Notes: generated by a model not told the origin, from the letters alone. A stretch of 64,000 nucleotides of DNA from Bugula neritina (GCA_964035545.1 OZ037768.1:11316741-11380740); one strand, 5' to 3'; counted from the stretch's first letter, positions 24,043-34,241 are shown. Numbers and translations: made by a program.

Positions 24043-26277
24043 ATGGCGTTGTTGGAGAGAGTGACACAGATGGGTAAAGACCTTGGGTTGGTGGAGGACA
24101 AGCTTATAGCTTTTGTTGAAAAGAACCTACCCATTGTTGCTGCACAAGAAGAAAAAGAAAAGGACCGAGAGGAACGTAGATTAGAGCGTGAGGCAGAAAA
24201 GATCAGGCAAGAGAATGAGAAAGCCTTAATGGAGATGAAGATAAAAGCTGATCAGGAGGCAATGGCATTCAAGGTTAAAGCTGTTCAGGAGGCAATGGCA
24301 CTCAAGGTTAAAGCTGACCAGGAGGCAGAAGAGAGAAGACAACGACATGAATTAGATATGGAAAAGCTGAAAGCTGACACAAGTTTGGAGCACTCAAGAC
24401 ATGAGAGCACCAGGTTAGAAATAGCTAACAAACCAAAACCAAAAATACCATTCTTTGATGAGAAGGTGGACGAAATGGATAGCTATTTAGAGCGGTTCAA
24501 GTGGGTTGCCGAAGGATGTAACTGGGACAAGGGAGATTGGCCCTACCATCTCAGTCAGTACCTAAGGGGTACAGCAACAGAAGCTTACATCCGGTTATCA
24601 CCTACCGACCGTAGAGATTATAAAAAAGTCAAAGAAGCCTTGTTGGAGCGCTTTAACTTGACTCAAGAGGGCTACAGAAAAAAGCTCAGAGAGGCAGAAG
24701 CTTACGAAGATGAAACTCCTGCCCAACTATTCACTAGGATAGAAACTTATGTGCACAAGTGGGTAGAACTTTCAGGGGGCATGGACATAGCCAAACTAGT
24801 GGCGACTGAACAATTTATATCACCATGCCCAGACGACCTAGCTGTGCATTTAAAGCAAAGTTCCTACAACAGCAGTGAGGATATGTGTGATGCAGCGTCA
24901 CTGTTCTTGCACGCTCGTGGAAGGAAACTAGCAAAGACAAAGAAAACCAATACAAAAAGGATGGAAAACGCGCCTGCCGATAGCATGGATGCTGAACAAG
25001 GAAGTAAAAGCGATGGTGCATGCTTCATCTGCAAAGATAAGTCGCACATTGCTCGTAACTGCCCACGGCAAGGGAAGAAGCACTGTTCACATTGCAAGAT
25101 GAACAACCACAATACTTCAGACTGCAGAAAGTATGGTGGGAGATCAGTGCATGCTGCTGCTGCAATAGCAACTACTCAGAATAAGACTATGGTCACAGAT
25201 CCAGGAATTTCATCTAAAGTGGAAGAACCTACGGAAATCACAGTTAACGGTAAAAAGTTTGTCAACGCTGCTGTCTGCAAGAATGGACCTAAATTCAAAG
25301 ATGGGGGCACAGCAATATTTGATGCGGAAGTTAATGACCAACGAGCTACTGCAATGCGTGACACCGGCTGTGGTTGCATTGTAGTCAATGCAAAGTATGT
25401 GCAGCCTCAACACTTAACTGGAGAATCAGTTTATCTGAATATGGCTGATGCAAGTGTTAGGGAGGCTCAATGGGCACTTATCTCAGTACGCTCACCATTT
25501 TACAATGGTGTCGTCAAAGCTGCAGTAATGGACAAGACGATTTGTGACCTGCTTATTGGGAATGTGGATGGAGCGAGATCAGCTGACCAGCCCCTGGAAA
25601 ACTGGAAGGACTGCGCCGTAACCACAAGAGCTCAAGCTGTCAAGGAGAAGTCAGGAGACAAACCACTGATGATTGATTCAAATGCTAACCCATTAAGTAT
25701 AGGGAAAGATGAAATAGCCAGACTGCAGAGGGATGACCCCACATTGGAGCGTTTCTTCGATGCAAAGGAAGTGAAGGAGAAAAAGGGATGCACCACTAGG
25801 TTTGTGGTGAGGAATAAGATTCTGTACCGTGAGTACACCGACTCGAAGTCAGTCAGTGTAAAACCTGTTAAACAACTCATGGTACCCAGCTCACTGAGGA
25901 AGGAAGTTCTACAGAAAGCTCATGACTGCATAATGAGTGGACACCTAGGAGTAAAGAAAACCACTGATAGAGTGCTTTCCAACTTCTTCTGGCCAGGACT
26001 AAACGGAGATGTCGTACGTTTCTGTCAGTCATGTGACAATTGCCAGAAGACGGTGAAAAAAGGCTCAATCATGAAAGTTCCAGTACAGGAAACTCCACTA
26101 ATTGACACCCCATTCAAGAGATGTGCAATAGACCTAGTCGGACCAATTAACCCTCCAAGTGAGAAAGGACACCGCTACATCCTAACTTTAGTTGACTATG
26201 CTACAAGATACCCTGAAGCTACACCATTGAAGAACATTGACTCAGCTACTGTAGCTGAAGCGCTGCTTGACATGTAA
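24043..26277 (+). CDS. Gag-protease-integrase N-terminal part of the polyprotein (truncated by TAA at 26275-26277)
   Basis: Coiled-coil N-terminus, capsid/SCAN-like region, two CCHC knuckles (CFICKDKSHIARNC, CSHCKMNNHNTSDC at ~25021-25125), protease RDTG (25360), integrase HHCC (HDCIMSGH...CQSCDNC) and first catalytic D (AIDLVGP). Confidence 0.93.
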   Translation: MALLERVTQMGKDLGLVEDKLIAFVEKNLPIVAAQEEKEKDREERRLEREAEKIRQENEKALMEMKIKADQEAMAFKVKAVQEAMALKVKADQEAEERRQRHELDMEKLKADTSLEHSRHESTRLEIANKPKPKIPFFDEKVDEMDSYLERFKWVAEGCNWDKGDWPYHLSQYLRGTATEAYIRLSPTDRRDYKKVKEALLERFNLTQEGYRKKLREAEAYEDETPAQLFTRIETYVHKWVELSGGMDIAKLVATEQFISPCPDDLAVHLKQSSYNSSEDMCDAASLFLHARGRKLAKTKKTNTKRMENAPADSMDAEQGSKSDGACFICKDKSHIARNCPRQGKKHCSHCKMNNHNTSDCRKYGGRSVHAAAAIATTQNKTMVTDPGISSKVEEPTEITVNGKKFVNAAVCKNGPKFKDGGTAIFDAEVNDQRATAMRDTGCGCIVVNAKYVQPQHLTGESVYLNMADASVREAQWALISVRSPFYNGVVKAAVMDKTICDLLIGNVDGARSADQPLENWKDCAVTTRAQAVKEKSGDKPLMIDSNANPLSIGKDEIARLQRDDPTLERFFDAKEVKEKKGCTTRFVVRNKILYREYTDSKSVSVKPVKQLMVPSSLRKEVLQKAHDCIMSGHLGVKKTTDRVLSNFFWPGLNGDVVRFCQSCDNCQKTVKKGSIMKVPVQETPLIDTPFKRCAIDLVGPINPPSEKGHRYILTLVDYATRYPEATPLKNIDSATVAEALLDM

Positions 26278-28503
26278 AGTCGTGTTGGGATACCAGAGGA
26301 GGTGATAAGCGACCAAGGAACTCAATTCATCTCGGATTACATGAAAGAGTTTACCAGATTACTTGACATGCGACAACTTCCTACTTCACCATACCATGCA
26401 ATGGCCAATGGACTTGTGGAAAAGTTCAACGGAACCCTCAAGAGTATGTTAAAAAAGTTGTGTGCTAAAGAGCCAAGACAGTGGCATCGGTTCATCAATG
26501 CAGCTCTATTTGCATATAGAGAAGTCCCACAGGAATCAACAGGCTTCGCCCCATTCGAGTTACTCTATGGAAGAACTGTGCGTGGACCAATGTACATCCT
26601 GCGACAACTTTGGACAAAAGAAGACACTGCCGATGAAGTCAAGACCTGCTATCAACATGTTTTTGAATTGAGAGAGCGTTTAGATGACATGATGGAAATG
26701 GCACTAGCTTCGCTAAAAGACAGTCAAAAAAGATACAAACACTATTTTGACAAGAAAGCTAAGCAGAGAGACTTCAGACCTGGTGACAAAGTGCTCATTC
26801 TTCTACCTACGGATGGAAATAAATTGCTGATGCATTGGCAAGGACCATTCAATATTGAGGAGAAAGTCAGACTGAATGACTACATTATCAACATTAGAGG
26901 CAAGAGGAGAACATACCATGCCAACATGCTGAAGAAATATTTTGAGCGGGAGACGCCTACCGACCCTATGACTGTTGGAGCTGTGATGACTTTAGATGCT
27001 GCTGGTACTGGAATTATTGATCATGATGAGGAAAGAGAAGAAGGCCAAGATGATTTGTTGGACCTGTACAGTAAGAAACAGCAGACAGAAACAAGCAAAG
27101 ATGTCATTCTGGGTGAAGAGCTGGAGAATCAGCAAAGAAGACAGTTGGAGGAGTTACTAAAAAAGTTTGAAGGTATCTTCAGTGACTTGCCAGGAAATGC
27201 AACGGGAATAGAACATTCTATCGAGCTCACGACTGATGAGCCAGTGAAATCCAAACCATATGGATTGCCCTACAGGGTAAGAGAAACTCTCAAGGCGGAC
27301 ATCGAGGACATGTTGAAGATGGGTGTTATTCGGCCATCTACCTCTCCCTACGCCTCACCAACGGTGATAGTAAAGAAGCCAGATGGAAGCAACAGGATTT
27401 GTATAGACTATCGCAAACTAAACCGAGTCTCAGTATTTGATCCTGAACCAATGGTGAAAACAGATGACGTTTTCAGAAAGCTCAGTAAAGATAAATACTT
27501 TACCAAACTTGATTTATCCAAGGGATACTGGCAAATACCAGTGAAGAAAGAAGATATTCCTAAAACTGCATTTGTGACACCCGATGGACATTATGAATTC
27601 ATCAAGATGCCATTTGGGATGGTTAACTCTGGAGCGACACTGGTGAGAGGGTTGAGAAAACTTTTTGTAAATCTGAAAGGAGTGGACAACTACATTGATG
27701 ACATTCTAGTGCACACGGAAAGTTGGGAAGAACACGTTAAAATGCTAACAGAAGTTTTCAGCCGACTTGCCACAGCTGGACTTACCGTTAGACCAAGTAA
27801 ATGTAGAGTAGGAGGAACAAACATGGAGTTCATCGGACATAAACTTTACAGGGGTGAAATCAAACCAATGGATGACAACATTGAGAAAATTAGGGCTGCG
27901 CCAAGGCCAACCAATAAGACGCAAGTGAGATCGTTCATTGGACTTACTAGTTACTACAGAGAATATATACCTCATTATTCAACTATAGTGAGTCCACTAA
28001 CAGATTTAACAAAGAAGGGAGAACCAAAGAAAGTCAAATGGCAGGAACCACAAGAGAAGGCGTACACCACCTTAAAAACAATGCTGACAAGTGCACCAAT
28101 TTTAAAATTGCCAGATGTACACAAACCGTTTGTGCTAAGGACGGATGCATCAGATGTTGGGCTAGGGGCAGTGCTGATGCAGCCTCAGGATGGAAAGCTG
28201 TTCCCTGTGAGTTACGCAAGTAGGAAATTACTAGACCGAGAGAGAAACTACTCAGCCATAGAGAAAGAATGCTTAGCTGTGGTATGGGCGGTCAAGAAAT
28301 ATCTACAATATTTATATGGTGTGGAGTTTGTGCTGCAGACTGATCACCAACCGCTGGTGTACATCAACCAGGCCAAATTTGAGAACAGCAGAGTGATGAG
28401 ATGGGCTATGTATTTACAGAACTTCAGAATCAAGGTGGAGTCAATCAAAGGAAAGGACAATGTTGGAGCCGATTATCTAAGCCGAATTGACTCAGAATTT
28501 TAA
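26278..28503 (+). CDS. Integrase core, reverse transcriptase and RNase H; in-frame continuation of the polyprotein after the premature stop
   Basis: Same frame as 24043. SDQGTQF...NGLVE with D-35-E spacing, WQGPF, RT motifs (CIDYRKLN, LDLSKGYWQ, MPFG, YIDD at 27691) and RNase H motifs (TDAS, EKECLA, TDHQPL, ADYLSR). Confidence 0.93.
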   Translation, partial: SRVGIPEEVISDQGTQFISDYMKEFTRLLDMRQLPTSPYHAMANGLVEKFNGTLKSMLKKLCAKEPRQWHRFINAALFAYREVPQESTGFAPFELLYGRTVRGPMYILRQLWTKEDTADEVKTCYQHVFELRERLDDMMEMALASLKDSQKRYKHYFDKKAKQRDFRPGDKVLILLPTDGNKLLMHWQGPFNIEEKVRLNDYIINIRGKRRTYHANMLKKYFERETPTDPMTVGAVMTLDAAGTGIIDHDEEREEGQDDLLDLYSKKQQTETSKDVILGEELENQQRRQLEELLKKFEGIFSDLPGNATGIEHSIELTTDEPVKSKPYGLPYRVRETLKADIEDMLKMGVIRPSTSPYASPTVIVKKPDGSNRICIDYRKLNRVSVFDPEPMVKTDDVFRKLSKDKYFTKLDLSKGYWQIPVKKEDIPKTAFVTPDGHYEFIKMPFGMVNSGATLVRGLRKLFVNLKGVDNYIDDILVHTESWEEHVKMLTEVFSRLATAGLTVRPSKCRVGGTNMEFIGHKLYRGEIKPMDDNIEKIRAAPRPTNKTQVRSFIGLTSYYREYIPHYSTIVSPLTDLTKKGEPKKVKWQEPQEKAYTTLKTMLTSAPILKLPDVHKPFVLRTDASDVGLGAVLMQPQDGKLFPVSYASRKLLDRERNYSAIEKECLAVVWAVKKYLQYLYGVEFVLQTDHQPLVYINQAKFENSRVMRWAMYLQNFRIKVESIKGKDNVGADYLSRIDSEF

Positions 28504-28537
28504 GTAGAAAAGAGAAATTATTAAGATAATTTCTCTT

Positions 28538-28548
28538 AGAATGGGGGG
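28538..28548 (+). promoter_or_regulatory. Polypurine tract
   Basis: AGAATGGGGGG ending 1 nt before the 3' LTR. Confidence 0.85.
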
Positions 28549-28549
28549 T

Positions 28550-29065
28550 TGTCACAAATTCTGAGTGTACATATATCTATAGACCTACCAGGTTTTTCCT
28601 AATGATTATACAGGAATGTTCATAAATATTCTAGACTAATCAAAGAGATGGGTCATTGTTCATTATTACTGTTTTCGTTAGTCATGTTAACTACTGCCCA
28701 GCAATGTAAACAAGGTATTGCGCAATAATTGCGAAATAACCATGGAAATTCCAATGTTTTGTTTTGTTTTTCTATAAATAGTATTGGCATGTGGGGAATG
28801 TTTTCTACTAGAATCTTCTGTACTGGAATGCTTGAGAATATTCTAGAGCTTTTTGTTTACTATAAATACTGAGGCAGTTGTGTTTACAGTTCAGTTCATT
28901 CTCGGAGTTCATTCTTATACGTTCATCTGTGCATATCTTACTGAAGAAATAAAGTCTACTCTATTTACTCTCAACTGGATTAGCAAGCTGTATGCTACTT
29001 GTCTATACACTTCTGACTACCAGACTTCTCGAACTCGTCACACTGCTACCTACAGTTTTGTGACA
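28550..29065 (+). repeat. 3' LTR (516 bp)
   Basis: Direct repeat of 23431-23946 at offset 5119, followed by TSD CTGAT. Confidence 0.97.
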
Positions 29066-29131
29066 CTGATCATAATATTACTATTGCGTGTTGCTAATGT
29101 TTTTGTGTTTGAGGACAGAAAAAAGAAAAAA

Positions 29132-29251
29132 AAGTCTACAGCACCTGGTATTCCCAGGCGGTCACCCATCCAAGTACTAACCAGGCTCGACGTTGCTTAG
29201 CTTCAGTGATCGGACGAGAACTGGCGTTTTCAACGTGATATGGCCGTAGAC
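29132..29251 (-). rRNA. 5S rRNA copy 30 (terminal copy, consensus type)
   Basis: Same sequence as copy 1; only ~120 bp of upstream spacer is retained. Confidence 0.96.
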
Positions 29252-29665
29252 AACAGTGCACCCTTCGCAGCGATACTGGCTGAAGAATTAGCGGGGCGCG
29301 CTCGAGCGTGCAAGCACGTTGGTGATGCAGTGGCTGCAGTGCGCATTGCCTACTCACACTCTGCAGGTCACTGTTATATTATTATGTGTCTTTTGTTTAT
29401 CACTAATTACGGACTAGCGAGATGCTACGTTATAATGTCATGTGCATTTGTTTATTAAATTACATATTGGGTCACCGACGAACGAGAGACTATGAGATGA
29501 AAGATGTCAGCCTACAGTAGAGAAACAGTACTATACTTTTGGTCCTTGTATTTCCCCTGGCCGGCCAGACCCCACTTTATTGTTCTTTCGATACTTCAAT
29601 GTCATGCCTACATACTTCGAGTAACTCTCAGGTAATTATATACTCACTATACTTAATGTTTCGGT

Positions 29666-29761
29666 CATCTCATCTACTCTTCTGATATCTTCTTCTTTTT
29701 CTCTTCTGCATATTTTTCTAAACCACTGCAGCCGTTTTCTTCTCATCAGTTCTAACACATT
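29666..29761 (-). mobile_element. Degenerate non-LTR (RTE-like) retrotransposon ORF C-terminal fragment
   Basis: Translates to NVLELMRRKRLQWFRKICRREKEEDIRRVDEM, resembling the RLRWFGHV.RR motif at the end of RTE-clade ORFs. The flanks are decayed. Confidence 0.5.
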
Positions 29762-31162
29762 TGTGACGTTCTTTGTGAATTTTTAAATCATGTCGCAATG
29801 ATTCTTACGTTTCAGCTATCCATTAAACTTTTTCATTAAATCCAGCTATATTTTTTTCAGATAGCTGATCGGACATTTATTGGTGCGTGACTCAAATACC
29901 TTAGGTTTGGCTTGTTCTCTTCGATCATCATGGTGGACGCCACTGCGTGTTAAGCAACTTAGAAAGCATTTTTTATCGGCTACTTCAGATATCGAGGAAG
30001 TTACATTTAGAAGGATTTTAGTCAAGTTCTTATTTCATAAAACATGGACAAAAGTCTGCTGTATCAGGAAACTTTTGTTTACCATTACTAATTAGACAGA
30101 AGATAACATCATATTGCAATTTAAATGAAACAAGAATAATTGTTTTTCTCTCTACTGCTATTGGAGTATTAAGGCGTCTTATGCCTATTGTTCATACTTT
30201 ACAGTAATGAAACATCCCTCCAGCGTGTTCTCATATGTCAATTAAAATGGTGTTGTTGAGTAAAAGTGTTTTTAAAACGTTGCATGATAACCGTCTGTGT
30301 ATTTATGCATAGAGCCACATAATGTTGCAGACTATATGAGAAAAGTGCTTTGCTACTTTGCCACTACTTAAAATATTAAAGCATCCTATGCCATATGATC
30401 TTTTAGTTTGGAGTAGATGGGGTTTCCTCAGGGAAGGTTTATTACAAACTTATATATGATAAAATTAACTAAAAGCTTGTCTGTACATATTTTATATACC
30501 GCCTATTTGAAAACCAGAAAAGTGTTTGTGTGATTTACATTTTTTATACTTAAAAGCTGGACTAATATGTTGGGTGATCAAGACGCAGCTGAGAATCTAA
30601 GAAAATAAATCAATGAAAATAACATGACATACATGAAGTTACTGAAATATTCATTAAAGTTTGAAAAATGGCTTACTTTAGTAAAAAATGACAAGATTCA
30701 CACTACTCAGCATTGCATACAGTTTATCTTGACTATAGAAATTTAAAAATACTGGTAAAAAAGCAGTAAATATGTTTGCATAAAATAGTGAATTACTTAA
30801 TTTACCAATATTGGGCCATCTTTTCAAATACGTTCGATTTTTTAAGTGATAAGATTTGAATTGCTACATTGTAGTAAACTTATTTTTTATTACTTTATAT
30901 TTTGTAGTCATACATCTACCTTCAAAATACATCTAAATAGTTGAGCGTATGTAAAGGAATTTATTTCTTTTAAACTCGCAACATTGATGAATGTAGTATA
31001 GTTTATATATCAGAGTTATATACATAGCAAACAGAAAGTTCTCTGCTGCTTCTGTTGACAAATTCACCGTGAAAAAACATTAGCTTGTAATTGTATGAAT
31101 GTTTGCACATCACAACTGAGGAAATTTTCTTTGTGTTTTTATGTTTGAATCTCAAATCGCTT

Positions 31163-31529
31163 TTAAATTGAGTTGTTTTCACTCCTATGTGTCAATTTAT
31201 GAGTACTTTTTGAATGTATTCTCATGTGGCGGCTAAGATTACCTTTTTGTCTAACATTGTAGTCACATAAACTGCACTCAAATGGTTTTTCTCCAGTATT
31301 GAGTCTAACATGTACAATAAGAAAAGTTTTATATGCTGGCTGATTTGTAGTCACGATGATCACATTAAAATGGTTTTTCTCCTGTGTGTGTCTTCATGTG
31401 TTTAATGAGATTACCTTGCTCAGTAAAGTCATAGCCACTAACTTTACAAACAAATGGTTTTTCTCCAGTGTGTCTTCTCATATGTTTGGTAAGAGAACTT
31501 TTTCGTTCAGATTTGTAATTGCATAGACA
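31163..31529 (-). pseudogene. C2H2 zinc-finger array pseudogene (4 degenerate fingers)
   Basis: [60 protein letters not shown], a frameshift at a CAGC duplication, then HVRLNTGEKPFECSLCDYNVRQKGNLSRHMRIH. Three TGEKP linkers, one in-frame TAA and lost Cys/His ligands. Decayed upstream exons may extend to ~32700. Confidence 0.85.
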
Positions 31530-33311
31530 GTAGTGAAAACTTTTCTTCTTGATGCACTGTTTCTTATTTTTAGCAAGTCTAATCTATTGTGCACATCTAT
31601 ATTCATGCAAAAGGTTCTTCTCTTTGCATCATGTTACTATTTTGTTACCTGCATCTTTTGTGTAATAAAAAGAATCCATACATGGTATGTTGGTAGTTGT
31701 GTTCAATTTTTCACTACTGCTATTCTCTGTATGGCAGTTTACTCTCTATTCACATTCTCTTCTACAGAACATATTTCCTAAATTATCAGGAATGCTTTTC
31801 TTGTTTAAAGATATTTAGATTTTATCTGTAAAGCATGAATAAAAACCAGTTTATAGCATTTAAAACTTATAGTGAGCATGGGTTTTAATCCCTTTTAAAC
31901 TGTTAAACTTGTTGTCAGCACGTAAACTCATTTTTTATCTAAAAGACACTTATGATTTTTTAGGAATATTTAAGTTTAATTTCTAAATTTGAGTTTATCA
32001 AAAATTGGTCTTTGATAACTATTTCTTAATACAAACAGCTTACTTGGAAAAAGTGTTTCTAGTTTTTTCTATAATAAATTAAGTAACTATACTTACTAGT
32101 TGAGTTGACATCTGAGGTTATGTTTAGTCCTAAGACTTGAAAAGCCTCGGAAATAATTTTGGACAGAGGAACATCAGGTACTTCTAGTATAGATAGTTGT
32201 TGTATACTGTACCTTCTGTGTCAACAGAGCTTTGATAGTATGTATCAAGTGTTGGGAATGGAATGACAAAATTACCAAAGGAATATTTTTGATTTGGAAT
32301 TGTGTTCTCACAGGTAGCAGAAAGTTCCCTCACAGTACCTTCTGATATATAGGTAAGTGTCAGATACAGCAGAAGTTGGCATGTTAAGAAAAGGTTGGAT
32401 GACTGCAGTGAGACTAGAATTAGAAGTGTCTCAATTTACTGAATGTTGCTCCACAGAGTCTAAATTATCATAAAAAGACTCCCAGCTTCAACACAGTGAT
32501 GTGTTTTTTGCCCATAATGATTTGGTTTTTGAAGAATCTTCTGGTATTCAAGAACTGCAACATGTTAAAATATTTATAATGCATACTGAAAACTCTACTT
32601 GTAATTAGCTTTACATACTTTACATTGTCTGGTGATTGAAAACGAGTTTCCAAATTTTATAAAATGTTATACTTACAAGGTGAACGCACAGGCATGTTGA
32701 ATGATCAGGATTCAGCTAAGAAGCAAAACAAATTGAATATTTCAAATAAATTAAAAATAAAGTATGTATAAATCTTACTATAATATTAAAATATTGCAAG
32801 TTAAAATATGCTCTATAGTCTATATGCTCTAGAATCTAGATTGACAAGTATCAAGGGTAAGCTTTCCACTAAAGCATTCTGCTACAGCTAGTTGCTTCAT
32901 GTCATAAAGCTTTTTGAACCATGACAATTTGTAGTCAAAGTTAGGCCAGATGTTTTGTTCATCAACTAGTAGAATATCTATTATATGTTTATTAAAATTT
33001 GCTAAAATTATTATAGACATAAAAAATATTTACAATAGAAAGCTATATTGAAAAAAAATAAATTATAAAGATTGCATTATTAAATGACTGAAATTGGCAA
33101 AGTTTTTATGAAATACTTGCTACTTTTACAAAAAAATTTATGATATTCTCAAGTATTTTTTGATAATTTTTCAAATAACGTTTTTTTTCTTTTTATGAAA
33201 TGTTTAAATAAGTAAAAGGTCAAAATAATGTATAATCTTGTTTTTCAAAGACATCTTTTTTTATAAAACTGTATTTTGAATAACTCACTAATTTAGTAGT
33301 TTCTATGAACC

Positions 33312-33876
33312 AAATTTTAGAACTACCTGTATTGAATAAAAACAATAAGTGTAGGGCCACACGACGTTTTTACACGTTCGTGACGTCCGAGAATACATGC
33401 TAGTGACCTGCCACACACAGTGCGTGTGTTGCGAGTGCAAAAATTTATTAGCCAATGATGTTAGCATTAAACTTTACTGCTCGCCTACAGACGTTTGTTT
33501 TTAAAATTATGTCATCGGCAAAGTGACTCGATTAGATTAGATATTATAAAATCGGAAATGCAAATTATATGAAACTGTTTTAATTCAGTTCGCTAAAAGC
33601 TAAAACGTGAATTGAAATAAAAGAAATGTGCTCCCTAAATAATAATAAGCCAATTAGATCAAACACGCACAAGCTTATCGCTGAGCTCGCTCAGCATGCT
33701 AGACGCATGAAAATCCCGCTCATGACGTCCAACTTTTGGGCTAAACGTGGTTTCTCGCACGCCACACTTGTCACGCTTGCGTAAAACTCGTCGTGTGGCC
33801 CTACACTTACTGCTCAATGACCAACGTTTATATTATTAGAAAGGAAAGATAACTTTAAAATAGTCATACATATATA

Positions 33877-33908
<32 letters not shown>

Positions 33909-34016
33909 TGTGACTATTTCAGAGTTATCTTTCCTTTGTTTCCTTTGTAATAATATAAACGTCAGTCATTGAGCAGTAATTGTTTTTATTCAGTAGTACA
34001 GGTAGTTCTAAAGTTT
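33312..34016. repeat. Foldback (long inverted repeat, ~100-bp arms around a GT microsatellite) with its left arm split by a MITE
   Basis: Left arm TTTAGAACTACCTGTA..GAATAAAAACAA|MITE|TACTGCTCAATGAC..GAAAGATAACT..AATAGTCA matches the reverse complement of ~33910-34016. Confidence 0.8.
33348..33807. mobile_element. MITE / non-autonomous DNA transposon (~460 bp)
   Basis: Perfect 19-bp TIR AGTGTAGGGCCACACGACG / CGTCGTGTGGCCCTACACT with imperfect extension, flanked by TA on both sides; no ORF. Confidence 0.85.
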
Positions 34017-34040
34017 ATATATATATAATGTCCACAGATT

Positions 34041-34241
<201 letters not shown>

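Larger units (their letters stand above)
23431..29065 (+). mobile_element. Full-length Ty3/Gypsy LTR retrotransposon, Gmr1-like domain order (gag-PR-IN-RT-RH), 5635 bp
   Basis: Two 516-bp direct LTRs (TGTCACAAA...TTTGTGACA), 5-bp TSD CTGAT at 23426-23430 and 29066-29070, PBS, PPT and polyprotein motifs. Removing the element and one TSD restores a normal spacer (AGTAACTGATCATAAT). Confidence 0.97.
1..29371 (-). repeat. 5S rDNA tandem array (788-789 bp unit, 30 genes in window; continues off the left edge, ends at ~29371; interrupted by an LTR element at 23431-29065)
   Basis: Near-identical unit recurs with period 788-789. Each unit is an AT-rich spacer, an A-run terminator, a 120-bp 5S gene and a GC-rich upstream spacer. 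Similarity to the unit stops after ...CTGCAGGTCAC at 29371. Confidence 0.99.

Noticed and set aside
428-29357. Thirty repeated 63-73-aa ORFs (MSRQCALQ...WEYQVL) as a tandem protein-coding family
   Set aside because: The 3' half is simply the 5S rRNA gene in translation, the start is a GTG, and stops arise freely in copies 4, 15 and 17.
23734-29458. ORFs inside the LTRs (23734, 28853), antisense or nested ORFs within gag-pol, and 29240-29458
   Set aside because: Short, mostly non-ATG starts, no motifs; by-products of LTR, coding or spacer sequence. No env-like ORF is present.
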